From: a virus
Taxonomy: Duplodnaviria > Caudoviricetes
IMG/VR virus record: IMGVR_UViG_3300035497_000162
Span: 32,001 to 96,000 of that record
Reading direction: 5' to 3' (one strand)
Length of the DNA stretch: 64,000 bases
The translations under genes and the position numbers were made by a program. How positions within the stretch are numbered: position 1 is the stretch's first letter; every line of letters begins with the position of its first letter. Below are positions 22,312 to 32,753 of this stretch, piece by piece. The notes beneath the pieces are model-generated. The model was not told the DNA's origin, did no database searches, and saw only the letters and a list, made by a program, of their open reading frames with translations.

Positions 22312-22326
22312 AGGAGGAACCTACTT

Positions 22327-22689
22327 ATGGAAGAAAACAATGAAGTTAAAATGAACCCAGAAGATTTAAAACTATTAATAGAGCAGAATGAATATCTTAA
22401 ATACGTTTTAAAAATCATGAACGATATTCCACTAGATGATGAAACTGAAGTAGACTATCAAGAATTATGGAATAAAGTATCTTTAACTAAAAATATAGAC
22501 CCTGGAGAAGTAAATTCTGATGCTATATACTTTTACTACATGTTATTATCTACTGGTCTAGATAACTTTGGTGAAGGATTTATAAGACATATGAGTAATA
22601 CAGCTAATGAACCATACTTAGCTTATGCTATAAAATGTTTATTAGCTGCAATGACTCAATATGAAGAAAATTCTAATTCAGATAACTAA
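22327..22689 (+). CDS. hypothetical protein
   Basis: AGGAGG RBS. Confidence 0.7.
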   Translation: MEENNEVKMNPEDLKLLIEQNEYLKYVLKIMNDIPLDDETEVDYQELWNKVSLTKNIDPGEVNSDAIYFYYMLLSTGLDNFGEGFIRHMSNTANEPYLAYAIKCLLAAMTQYEENSNSDN

Positions 22690-22789
22690 TAATTTAATCT
22701 AAGTGCATAATATATACTAGGATAGCAAATTAGCCTCTAAGAGCTTTAGCATTATCCTAGTATATTTTTATTTTATAGGAGGAATTTTT

Positions 22790-23758
22790 ATGAATGATGA
22801 ATTAGAAAACCAAATGAAAATGTTAGAAGGGATAGACTTCGATAATCTTAGTACTGTTGAAACAGCAGATACTTTATTAGGTAACCAACCACTAGAGCCT
22901 ACACCACAGTTAAATTCAAATACTATAGTATCACAGTCAGTACAACCTACAGCAACTACACCTAACGTAGTAACTAAGACTACCTTAGATACTAGCACAG
23001 TCAATCCAAATACTGTAGTACCACAACCAATACAACTAGATATGAACGCAGCCCCTGTATTTGTTAATCTAGGTGAAAGTACTCAAATGACTAAAACTAA
23101 TTTCTTAAAACTTAAAGAAAACGAATGTACTAGAGCAACTATCATTAATTACAATGCTTCTGGTACTCACTTCCACTATGAACCTGGCTTAGGATATTTT
23201 AAATGCTTATCTGAATATACTCCAGATAATCCTAATTACCCAGCTATTAAAGGTATCTGTTGTTTACAACCAGATGAAAAAAGTAAAATTGGTATCGTAG
23301 GTAAAGGTAAAACTAAAGTATTTTTACCTGTAATAGAATATCCAGTATCTCATACTGATGGTAAAACATTAGAACCAGGTAAAAAACCTACTCTTAAAGT
23401 ATTAGCTTTAAGTGGTCAAGAATATCAAACTTTATTCGAGATTAAAAAAGAATATGGTGACGATACTTCTACTTTTGACTTATCAATATCTCGTAAAAGA
23501 AGTGATAGAGGTGGTTTCTTAGAGTATACTATTACACCGGGCCCTTCTTGGAGATCTAGATTTTTAGCAGATATTCAAGTAGAAGCTTCTAAAATTACTA
23601 ACGAAACTTACAACTTAGCTTCTGAAGAATTCGCTAAAACTCTTTCAGTAGAACGTGTACAAAGATTCTATGCTGAAAAAGCTAAACAAGATTTAATGGC
23701 TACTCAAATAGCTAATCAACAAGTTCCAGGAGTAGATTCTCTATTTCCACAAATGTAG
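22790..23758 (+). CDS. putative ssDNA-binding protein (gp32-like)
   Basis: HFHY...FKC...CC Zn-like motif, FDLSISR...YTITP core, replication context. Confidence 0.6.
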   Translation: MNDELENQMKMLEGIDFDNLSTVETADTLLGNQPLEPTPQLNSNTIVSQSVQPTATTPNVVTKTTLDTSTVNPNTVVPQPIQLDMNAAPVFVNLGESTQMTKTNFLKLKENECTRATIINYNASGTHFHYEPGLGYFKCLSEYTPDNPNYPAIKGICCLQPDEKSKIGIVGKGKTKVFLPVIEYPVSHTDGKTLEPGKKPTLKVLALSGQEYQTLFEIKKEYGDDTSTFDLSISRKRSDRGGFLEYTITPGPSWRSRFLADIQVEASKITNETYNLASEEFAKTLSVERVQRFYAEKAKQDLMATQIANQQVPGVDSLFPQM

Positions 23759-23906
23759 TAAAAATTATTTGCAAACTTAAAAGAGTAGATTTTTATTTAT
23801 CTGCTCTTTAATTTTTATAGTGCCTAGATTAACTAGAATCAAAATAAAGACACTTTAATATTAAAGTAATATAATTTCATTACCTAATTTAGAAAGGAGT
23901 TTAATT

Positions 23907-24086
23907 ATGAGAGATATAGAAAGAATAGAACCTATATGTAATACAATTAAAGAAATTTGGACTGAAAATCCAGACTTAAGATTAGGTCAACTACTATGTA
24001 ACGTAATACCAGAAGGATATATCTATTTTATAGAAGATGATGACCTTATTAATACTATTAAAAACTATTACAAAGGAGGAATTTAA
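23907..24086 (+). CDS. DUF1040/YihD-like small protein
   Basis: MRDIERI...W..NPDLRLGQLL...YFIEDD. Confidence 0.65.
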   Translation: MRDIERIEPICNTIKEIWTENPDLRLGQLLCNVIPEGYIYFIEDDDLINTIKNYYKGGI

Positions 24087-24087
24087 T

Positions 24088-24687
24088 ATGGATGACGTAA
24101 ATCAACATAAAATTTATGTTACCTTAGGTGCTAGTAATCATTGTAAAGATGATAGAGCAGACCTGGATTTTTATAATACTAACCCCGAAGCTGTAAAGGT
24201 TTTACTAAATAAACTTAAAGAAGATAACATAGAACTACACCAAACTATTTGGGAACCCGCTTGTGGTAATGGTCTTATTAGTAAAGTATTAGAAGAATAT
24301 GGATATAACGTAATATCTTCAGATATAGTAGAGAGAGAGTACTCAAATATGATTATTAGAGATTTTTTAACTTATAATGAACCGATGAATACTCAAGTAG
24401 ATATTTTAACAAACCCACCTTATAAATATGCACAACAATTCGTAGAAAAAGCTTTAAGCTTACAAGATGATGGTTATTACACTATTATGTATCTAAGAAT
24501 ACAGTTTTTAGAAGGTAAAGCTAGATATAAATTATTTCAAGAGTACCCACCTAAATATGTATACGTTAATTCTACTAGAAGAGGTTGTAGTAAGGATAAT
24601 AATTTTAGTGGTGGTGCAGTTTGTTTTTGCTGGTTTATTTGGGAGAAAGGATTTACTGGAGAACCTATAATCAGATGGCTAAAATAA
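24088..24687 (+). CDS. adenine DNA methyltransferase
   Basis: DFYNT, IWEPACGNG, ILTNPPY, CWFIWEKG; start MDDVNQ after GGAGG. Confidence 0.85.
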   Translation: MDDVNQHKIYVTLGASNHCKDDRADLDFYNTNPEAVKVLLNKLKEDNIELHQTIWEPACGNGLISKVLEEYGYNVISSDIVEREYSNMIIRDFLTYNEPMNTQVDILTNPPYKYAQQFVEKALSLQDDGYYTIMYLRIQFLEGKARYKLFQEYPPKYVYVNSTRRGCSKDNNFSGGAVCFCWFIWEKGFTGEPIIRWLK

Positions 24688-24802
24688 ATAGTCATAGAAA
24701 GTCACAGAACAATCATAGGAGCATTTTATTATCTAAGTAATATAATTTTATACCTTAAATAATAAAATGCTCAAATTTTTAATTTAAAAGGAGGTAATAA
24801 TA

Positions 24803-25435
24803 TTGTCTAATACTAAAATAAATCACTTTATGGGAATCGATCCATCTTACAAAGGTTTTGGTTTATCTTTCATAAATTCTGAAAATAAAACTATTACTTT
24901 TAAAGAATTATCTGTTGAACTAGGTCATGGAACTTTTGCTGAAGTATGTAAAGCTTCTGAAGATATGGTCGATAAATTTCTTACAGAAGCAAAAGACTTT
25001 ATTAGATGTAATGTAATGATAGGAATGGAAATTCCTCCGGTACAAGGAATGTATGCTGTTAAGTTATGGGCTTTAGATACCCACATTTATAACTCATTAG
25101 TTTTTACTGAACCTTACTTATTTAATGTATCATATCTAAAATTTATTAATAAAAAATATGAAGGTAAAAAAGATACTATTAATATGATAAATCAAATACT
25201 AGAATCATTTAAAGATAATGGTTACACTATAATACAAGATTTAAAAGATAAAAAAGGTAAACCTCGTAAACTTACCTCTAATGAATGCGATAGTTTTATC
25301 TATACTATTAGAATGTTTGTTAAATACCACTACGACAATGGAATAGAAAATCCAATGTTAGCTGAAATCATAAATATTAATGATAAATTTTTAGTAGAAA
25401 AAGAAACTTTATTAGGAAAAAAGATAGTAGATTAA
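24803..25435 (+). CDS. RuvC-like Holliday junction resolvase
   Basis: FMGIDPSYKGFG...GMEIP...NECDS. Confidence 0.65.
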   Translation: MSNTKINHFMGIDPSYKGFGLSFINSENKTITFKELSVELGHGTFAEVCKASEDMVDKFLTEAKDFIRCNVMIGMEIPPVQGMYAVKLWALDTHIYNSLVFTEPYLFNVSYLKFINKKYEGKKDTINMINQILESFKDNGYTIIQDLKDKKGKPRKLTSNECDSFIYTIRMFVKYHYDNGIENPMLAEIININDKFLVEKETLLGKKIVD

Positions 25436-25471
25436 ATATGAAAATTACAATATAAATTTATAAAATAGTAG

Positions 25472-25577
25472 CGTTCAAAAAAATACCTGACTCGTTCAAA
25501 AAAATACCTGACTCGTTCAAAAAAATACCTGACTCGTTCAAAAAAATACCTGACTCGTTCAAAAAAATACCTGACTC
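25472..25577 (+). repeat. five perfect 21-bp tandem repeats (iteron-like; putative origin)
   Basis: CGTTCAAAAAAATACCTGACT at 25472, 25493, 25514, 25535, 25556; no spacers. Confidence 0.9.
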
Positions 25578-25960
25578 AAAAATTTTGTGTCTTGTAATCT
25601 TAGGGAGATAAGGCTTTCAAGACTTCTTATGCTTCCGTATAAATAATATTATAAATATATATTATAAATAAAAATTATAAAGAGTGGTTATACCGAGTCG
25701 AGACTCGGATTTTTTTCACTTCTTCTTTTTCTTTTATTTTTCATTAAAATAAAATGAGTGGGAGCTTCGCTCCCACGAAAAGAATTAGTTAGAAATTAAA
25801 AATATAAAATTAAACTTTTAAAGTTAAACTTTTAAAGTTAATAGCATAATATAAATAAAGAGGTTTATTAAAATTAAAACGATGATTGTGGCGTGATATA
25901 TAAACTTTATAGTAAAGTTTTACTATCAAATAAAAATAAAGAATAAAGGAGATTACAATT

Positions 25961-26755
25961 ATGAAAAATGAAGGACTTAGTATTCCATATTTTATTTTAA
26001 ACAAAAGAGAATTTAACTCAACAGATAAAATAGTATTAGGATTTTTAATAAAAAATAATAATAAAAGGGATTATTATACTATAAAAGATTTAATAAAATT
26101 TACTTCTTTACCAAGATTAACTTTATTAAGAAGTTTAGAAAAATTAAATAAGATACAAATTATTTATTTTAATAAAAATGATGAATCTTGTTATATTGAC
26201 ATTAATTATGAGATTAATAGAATTCAATTATATAAAATATTAAAAGATAAATATAAAAAATTATATATTCCTAGGAATATTTTATTTAATAAAGATTTAA
26301 CTAGTACAGAAAAATTAATACTATCTTATCTAACAGCATTTGAAAGAAGTAAAAAGAATTGTTTTACTAGAAATAAAACTATTTTAGAAACTTTAGGAAT
26401 TAGTAAATCAGTATTAAATAAATCTATAGAAAAGTTTAAATCTTTAGGTTTAATTGGTGTTCAAGGAAAAAATGATAAGTATAATTGTAATAGAGTTATT
26501 AAAGCAGATTTAGATAAAATACATAATTATTATGAAAATGTAAAAATAGGTAAAATTGAAACTGAAGAGGTTAATATAGAAACTGTTGATAATATTAATG
26601 AATTAAAAACTAAAATTATGAATATTAATACTATGAAAGCTGAAAATAATGTAGAAATTAAATTACCTGATAATATTACCATTGAAGATGTGGAATTTCT
26701 AATGAATAAATTAAAAGATAATTTTAATTTAAATAGTTTTAGTTTGAGATTATAA
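25961..26755 (+). CDS. tandem winged-HTH protein, putative replication initiator
   Basis: Two IP..IL....L.STDK/EK.VL units, each followed by an HTH; next to the iterons. Confidence 0.65.
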   Translation: MKNEGLSIPYFILNKREFNSTDKIVLGFLIKNNNKRDYYTIKDLIKFTSLPRLTLLRSLEKLNKIQIIYFNKNDESCYIDINYEINRIQLYKILKDKYKKLYIPRNILFNKDLTSTEKLILSYLTAFERSKKNCFTRNKTILETLGISKSVLNKSIEKFKSLGLIGVQGKNDKYNCNRVIKADLDKIHNYYENVKIGKIETEEVNIETVDNINELKTKIMNINTMKAENNVEIKLPDNITIEDVEFLMNKLKDNFNLNSFSLRL

Positions 26756-26909
26756 TTTTAGATATACGAAATTGGAATGTGAATATATCTATTTTCACTT
26801 TTAATATTAAAGTAATGAAATTATATTACTTAATATATAAAGTGTCTTAAAAACTTATTCTAATACTTTATAAAAAATAAACATATTATAATTATAAGGA
26901 GATGATATT

Positions 26910-28226
26910 ATGGCAAAAGAAATAAAATCTATAGAAGATTTATCTTCTGAGTTTAATTTATGGAATGAAGAGCCAAAAATAGTGAAATTAAAAAATCCAA
27001 TATTAAATGGAATGTTTCATGGAGGATTACCTCTAGGTAGTGTTATACAAATAGCTGCTCAATCTGGAGTAGGTAAATCTACTTTAGCTATACAAATTTC
27101 TAAGGAACTGTGTGAACTTGGATATAAAGTATCTTATATAGATGCAGAAAAGGGTTTAAACGTAAACATGTTAAAATCTACTGGTATTTATAAATTCGTA
27201 CATAGTAAAAATAATCCAGATGGAACTTTTTCTATACTTAGAATAAATGATTGTACCCAAGTAAACCTTGCTATACAACAGTTAAGTAATAATAAATTAG
27301 TAGATGTAGTAATACTAGATAGTTTAGGTTCATTAGATTCTGGTTTATATAAAGAAGGTGGAGTAGAAGCTGATAATCCTAAAGTAGGAGCTGATACTAA
27401 AAGTTTAAAGATTATTATGAAAACTATGAATTCTATGGCTATAAGTAATAATACTACTTTTATTTTTATAAATCATTTAGCTCAGTCTATAGGTACTTAT
27501 ATACCTACAGAAAGCCCTACAGGGGGTAGAGCCCCTATTTATCTTTCTGACATTATAATAAAGCTAACTAAAAAATCTAGTGATTTTGAAAAATTAAGAC
27601 TAGGACAGAAAGTAGAATATGAAGCTATGAAATCTAGATTTGGTCCTGGAAAGTCTAAAATGCCTTTTTATATTTTCTATGGCCAAGGTATTTGTTTAGC
27701 TCCTACTTATCGAGAATTTATAGACCAAGTAGATACTATTTATAAAGGTAAACCTCATAAATTAGTAGAATTAAGAGGTGCTGGTAACGGCTCTATGTTT
27801 ATTAATGATGAAGAAGTTAAATTTAGAGGCGAAAACCAACTTATGAATTTAATAGGTAAAAATTTAAAAGAAATTATGAGGATTGTTCCAGAAGATGTAT
27901 TTATTGTAAAACCTCCAGAATTACCTGATTATATAAAGTCTAGTATAGATACTGAAAAAGCTGTTTATAATGAATTAGAATTACCAGATAAATTTAAAGA
28001 TTTAGAAATATTATATAGTAGTGGTACTAAAGTATATTTTCATAAAGGAATAGATCCTACAGGTCAAGAATATAGTTTATCTTATGATATAGCTAAGGAT
28101 AAACTAATACTAAATATGGATGGTATAGAAGATACTATTAAATCTCCTAGTAAAGAAGATTATAATAGTAATTTAGAAGTACTTAATAATTATTTGGATA
28201 AAACTAAAAAAGAAATGGAGTCTTAG
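26910..28226 (+). CDS. recA: RecA/UvsX-like recombinase
   Basis: GGLPLG, Walker A AQSGVGKST, YIDAE, ILDSLG, FINH, PTGGRA. Confidence 0.9.
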   Translation: MAKEIKSIEDLSSEFNLWNEEPKIVKLKNPILNGMFHGGLPLGSVIQIAAQSGVGKSTLAIQISKELCELGYKVSYIDAEKGLNVNMLKSTGIYKFVHSKNNPDGTFSILRINDCTQVNLAIQQLSNNKLVDVVILDSLGSLDSGLYKEGGVEADNPKVGADTKSLKIIMKTMNSMAISNNTTFIFINHLAQSIGTYIPTESPTGGRAPIYLSDIIIKLTKKSSDFEKLRLGQKVEYEAMKSRFGPGKSKMPFYIFYGQGICLAPTYREFIDQVDTIYKGKPHKLVELRGAGNGSMFINDEEVKFRGENQLMNLIGKNLKEIMRIVPEDVFIVKPPELPDYIKSSIDTEKAVYNELELPDKFKDLEILYSSGTKVYFHKGIDPTGQEYSLSYDIAKDKLILNMDGIEDTIKSPSKEDYNSNLEVLNNYLDKTKKEMES

Positions 28227-28352
28227 AATTATAATTTAGATATATGAAATTTTAATCAGAATGAAGATATAGACATTTTAATATTAAAGTAATGAAATTA
28301 TATTACTTAGTATATAAAGCGTCTTAAAATTCATTCTAATAAGGAGTAATTT

Positions 28353-29540
28353 ATGAATTTTAAAGTAAACATAAAAGATTATCAAATTATCAAAAAAGCA
28401 TCTTTAGAGTTTATACCAGGGCTTAATGTAATAGTAGGTCCTAGTAATAATGGAAAATCTAGTATTTTGAAAGCTATAAAAGCTTGTATTTATACTGTAC
28501 CTGGAGCTAATCCTATTAGGGCAGGACAAAATCAATACTTAGTAGGTATAGAATATAATGGTCATACTGTAATATTACAAAAAGGACTTAAAGAGTCCGT
28601 TTATATAGTAGATGGAGAAAAGTATACTAAATATGGAACTACTACTCCAAAGGTTGTATCAGATGCTTTAGGTTTAAAGGAGTTAGTATTAAATAATAAT
28701 AAAGAAATATTAAATTATTGGAATCAGATGGATTATCCTTTTTTAATAGACAGAACTTCAGTGGAGTTATTTAGGTTTATAGTAGACTCTGGAGAAAATG
28801 ATAGAGTATCAGATGCTTTAAAAAGCATGGTATCTGATAGGCAGTCTATTTCAAAAGATATTAATTTAATTCAAGGTGGTATAGATACTGTAGACTTAGA
28901 AATTAAGTCTTATAAGGACAAATTAGATAAATCTAAAGAAATTATTGATACGTGTAATAGTATTATAAAATTACAACCTTTGGTAGCTAAATTAAACTTA
29001 ATGAAAAATATTAAGGAGTCTTGCTCTAAAATATTATCAGATTTATCTAAAACAAATGAAGAATTAGTTAAAAAATCTAATATTTTAGATATTTATACTA
29101 ATTTCAATAAATCTATTACAGGAAATAATAATAAATATTGTGCTTTAGTAGATAAATTTAATATATTACGTTCTATTATAGAAAATTTATCTACTGTAGA
29201 ATCTAAAATTAATTCATTAAAAATTATTTTAAGCTTATCTTCAATAGACACATCAGGATTAAATTTAAGGAAAGAAATTTTAAATAAGATAAATTATATT
29301 AATAATGAATTAAAATCTCTTAAATCTCAACCTAGTGCTAAATTTGATATATCTAATGATACTATTGAAAGGTATTTTAATTTAAAAAATATAAAAGATA
29401 AATTAATAGATTTTGATAATCAAAAAATAAGATTAGAAGATAGTAAATTAAATTGTGATAATAGCATAGAATTATATAAGGAATTAAAATTACTTTTTGA
29501 TTTTTGCCCTTATTGTGGTAGTGGGCTATCAACTACCTAA
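28353..29540 (+). CDS. SbcC/Rad50-like ATPase, N-terminal half
   Basis: GPSNNGKSS, coiled coil, terminal CPYC zinc hook. Confidence 0.85.
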   Translation: MNFKVNIKDYQIIKKASLEFIPGLNVIVGPSNNGKSSILKAIKACIYTVPGANPIRAGQNQYLVGIEYNGHTVILQKGLKESVYIVDGEKYTKYGTTTPKVVSDALGLKELVLNNNKEILNYWNQMDYPFLIDRTSVELFRFIVDSGENDRVSDALKSMVSDRQSISKDINLIQGGIDTVDLEIKSYKDKLDKSKEIIDTCNSIIKLQPLVAKLNLMKNIKESCSKILSDLSKTNEELVKKSNILDIYTNFNKSITGNNNKYCALVDKFNILRSIIENLSTVESKINSLKIILSLSSIDTSGLNLRKEILNKINYINNELKSLKSQPSAKFDISNDTIERYFNLKNIKDKLIDFDNQKIRLEDSKLNCDNSIELYKELKLLFDFCPYCGSGLSTT

Positions 29541-29634
29541 AGGAAAGAACAAAGAATTTAAATCACTAGGGTTTGAATTAAATGAAGTGGTTTATACCTT
29601 GTAATAAAACTATTGCGGTAATGAACTTTATTAA
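29539..29634 (+). mobile_element. collapsed guide cassette 8: cargo-gene remnant, mini scaffold, guide equal to the old sbcC 3' end
   Basis: 29539-29583 resembles the 3' end of gene 57144-57980; GAAGTGGTTTATACCTT-GTAATAAAAC at 29584-29610; then TATTGCGGTAATGAACTTTATTAA. Confidence 0.75.
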
Positions 29635-29649
29635 AAGAAAGGAGATATT

Positions 29650-29955
29650 ATGTATTTAGAAACTTTAATTAGTAAATCTAAAGAAGAAATGAAACCTTGG
29701 TTAGATTCTATTTCAGATTCTGAAAAGAAAATTTTATTTTCTGAAATAGAACAGAAAAAGAAATCTGCTGAGGAAGAATTTATTAGAATTGAAACTACTA
29801 AGAAAAAACTAGAGGAAGATGAACAAGAACAAATGCAAAAATTATCTGAACTTGGAATTTTTTCTTATGTGGATTTAGAAACTGAAATTAAAAAGTTAGA
29901 AGATAGTATTAATGAAGAGCTTATAAAATATGCAGAAATATTGAAAGGAGAATAG
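29650..29955 (+). CDS. coiled-coil protein
   Basis: RBS, 101 aa, between the SbcC halves. Confidence 0.7.
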   Translation: MYLETLISKSKEEMKPWLDSISDSEKKILFSEIEQKKKSAEEEFIRIETTKKKLEEDEQEQMQKLSELGIFSYVDLETEIKKLEDSINEELIKYAEILKGE

Positions 29956-29956
29956 C

Positions 29957-30595
29957 ATGATAGATAATTATAATGCTTTATATAATAAGGCTATTCAAAT
30001 TAAAAGTAAATATGATACTATTCAAAATCAGTTAGATAATAGGATAGAATACAAAAAAGAACTTGTAAATAAGCTAGAAGATACTATACATACACAAACT
30101 ACTTATGAAAAAGCAATATCTTACATGAAAGAAATTATAGATGCTTTATCTAGAACTCATATAAATCATTTAGAAAAATTATTAAATTCAGCAGTAGAAA
30201 CTATATTTTTTGATAAAGTTTATAGAATAGAGTTTGAAGTATCAGAATATAGAAATTCAAACAATCTCACTATCTATCTTATAGAAACTTTAGAAGATGG
30301 GTCAGAAATTAAAACAGATATAAAAGATAATGGATTTGGTATTAAAACAATAATAGGTTTTATACTTCAAGTATATTTTATCATCTACAATAAGTTAAGC
30401 CCTATATTATTTATAGACGAGGGATTTTCTTCTCTCAGTCAAGTATATATACCTTATTTAAAAAGCTTATTAGATTCTTTAAAAGAAAAATATGGTTTTA
30501 TATTTGTTTTAGTAGCTCATGACCCTAGATTTATAGATTTAGCAGATAAAACATATGAAGTAAAGAATGGTGAAGTAAAACTTAAAATATTATAG
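29957..30595 (+). CDS. SbcC/Rad50-like ATPase, C-terminal half
   Basis: Signature NGFG, Walker B LFIDEGFSSL, H-loop VAHD. Confidence 0.85.
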   Translation: MIDNYNALYNKAIQIKSKYDTIQNQLDNRIEYKKELVNKLEDTIHTQTTYEKAISYMKEIIDALSRTHINHLEKLLNSAVETIFFDKVYRIEFEVSEYRNSNNLTIYLIETLEDGSEIKTDIKDNGFGIKTIIGFILQVYFIIYNKLSPILFIDEGFSSLSQVYIPYLKSLLDSLKEKYGFIFVLVAHDPRFIDLADKTYEVKNGEVKLKIL

Positions 30596-30612
30596 AGAGG
30601 ATATGTTAAATT

Positions 30613-32744
30613 ATGACTTATGAAGAATTAATACAAAAAGAACAAGACCGACAAGATAATAATGTAGAATTAATCGCTAGTGAAAATTTTTGTAGTAAAA
30701 GAATAAGAGAAGCTTGTGGTAGTATATTAACCAATAAGTATTCAGAGCGGTTATCCAGGAAAGAGATATTATGGTGGTTGTAAATATATAGATGAAATAG
30801 AATCTAAGGTAATAGAAGATGCTTGTAAATTATTTAATTGTAAATATGCTAATGTTCAACCTCATTGTGGTAGTTCAGCTAATCAAGCTGTATTTAGAGC
30901 TTTTTTAAATTATGGAGATACTGTACTTAGTATGAATTTAGGAGCTGGAGGTTTGTGTTAGACTGGCTTCCCTAGTATAGTGATATACTAGACAATAACC
31001 CAGAATATGCTGGAATCCCCTGAGAGCTTAAATTAGTAGTTACTATTAGAAATTTTAGTAATATCTGAAAATATTTAAGATTGGGCAATCAGCAGAGATA
31101 GACCTAAGTTCTTTGTGGAATATGGTAAGCTCTCAACGACTATCAATGGGTAACTTTAAAATTAAGGAGGAAATATGTATATTTACTCAATTAGTGATAG
31201 TAGAAATAATATTTATATTGGTAAAACAAGTAATATAAAGAATAGAATTTATACACATAAATCTAAGTCTAAATATAGTAATACAAAGCTATATAGATGG
31301 ATAAGAAATGTAGGTTGGAGCACTTTAAAAGTAACTAAAATTTGTGAGTGTTCAATGGAAGAATCATTTAATTTGGAAATAGAATATATTAAACTCTATG
31401 AAAGTAAAGGATTTAATTTATTAAATGAACAGCATAATAGTCAATATGAACCTGCATTAAATTTTAATAAAAGGATTTTTAATAAAGATGAAATCTGGAA
31501 AGATTATTTAAACGGCAAAGGTAGAGTAGAAATTTGTTTAAGTTATGGAATATCAGATTCTATGTTGTCTAAAATAATTTCAGAAAATGGCGGAATTAAC
31601 AGAATTAGCAAATTAGAGCCATACTTTAAAGAAATACAAGATAGTATAATACAAGGTGTTCCAATTAGGAAACTTGCTAGAAAATATAATGTGTGTAAAA
31701 ATTCAATATCAAATATAAATAAGGGCATAACTGCATATGACCCAAACTTAAATTATCCCTTAAATAAAAGTTAAAGGTATAGTCTGCTCTTATACAAAAG
31801 TATAAGCTAACAAAATGCACTTAACACATGGTCACAAAATGTCATTTAGTGGACAAGATTATAATATTATATCATATGGATTAGATAAAGATGGTATTAT
31901 TAATTATAATGATTTTGTTACTAAATTGTACGAATATAATCCAAAGATAGTAATTATTGGAGCTAGTTCATATTCTAGAATAATAGACTATAAATTCTTT
32001 AAAAATATATTAGATAAATATAAAGAGGATAAAGGAGAATGTCCTATATACTTTGTTGATATGGCTCATGTTGCTGGATTAGTTGCAGCTGGAGTACATC
32101 CTAATCCTTGTGATTATGCTGATGTAGTAACTTCAACTACTCATAAAACCTTGAGAGGACCACGCGGAGGTTTAATTTTAACTAATAATGAAGAATATAT
32201 AAAGAAGATTAATAAAGCTGTATTCCCAGGTATACAAGGAGGTCCACTTGAACATATTATAGCAGCTAAAGGAATTTGTTTTGAAGAAGCAATGACTGAT
32301 TATTTCAAGGAATATGGAAAACAAGTAATTAAAAATGCAAAAGCTTTTTCAGATTCTTTTAAAGAGCTAGGTTGGAAAATAATATCAGGTGGAACAGATA
32401 ATCATATGTTTATATTAGATGTTTATAATTCAACTGAGAGAAAATTAACAGGTAAACAAGCAGAAACAGCTTTAGATGAAATTAATATTACAGTTAATAA
32501 AAATCAAATACCAAATGATTCATTACCACCTTTAAAATCTTCTGGAATAAGAATAGGAACTCCAGCTATGACCACTAAAGGATGGAAAGAAAAAGAATTT
32601 AAAGATTTAGCTATTATTATAGATGAATATTTAAAATATTGTATTAAAGAAGAACTTGTAGATGTAACAATTATAAATAGTTATAAAGAAAAAGTATCTA
32701 GTATAATTAGAAGAGTAAATATGAGAGAGGATAATTGGAATTAG
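30613..32744 (+). CDS. glyA: serine hydroxymethyltransferase; exons 30613-30952 and 31818-32744; +1 shift at CGG 30748
   Basis: [27 protein letters not shown]|[34 protein letters not shown]. Confidence 0.93.
30953..31817 (+). ncRNA. group I intron in glyA
   Basis: Exon ends GGAGGU, pairing with IGS GCUUCC; core ATGCTGGAA, AATCAGCAG, TCAACGACTA, GTATAGTCT; terminal G31817; splicing restores GGHLTHG. Confidence 0.9.
31175..31774 (+). CDS. intron-encoded GIY-YIG homing endonuclease
   Basis: YIYSI...IYIGKT...R...E...N, C-terminal HTH repeats. Confidence 0.85.
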   Translation: MYIYSISDSRNNIYIGKTSNIKNRIYTHKSKSKYSNTKLYRWIRNVGWSTLKVTKICECSMEESFNLEIEYIKLYESKGFNLLNEQHNSQYEPALNFNKRIFNKDEIWKDYLNGKGRVEICLSYGISDSMLSKIISENGGINRISKLEPYFKEIQDSIIQGVPIRKLARKYNVCKNSISNINKGITAYDPNLNYPLNKS

Positions 32745-32753
32745 GAGTATAAT

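Noticed and set aside
25472-25577. Tandem repeats as a CRISPR array
   Set aside because: No spacers; perfect head-to-tail 21-mers.
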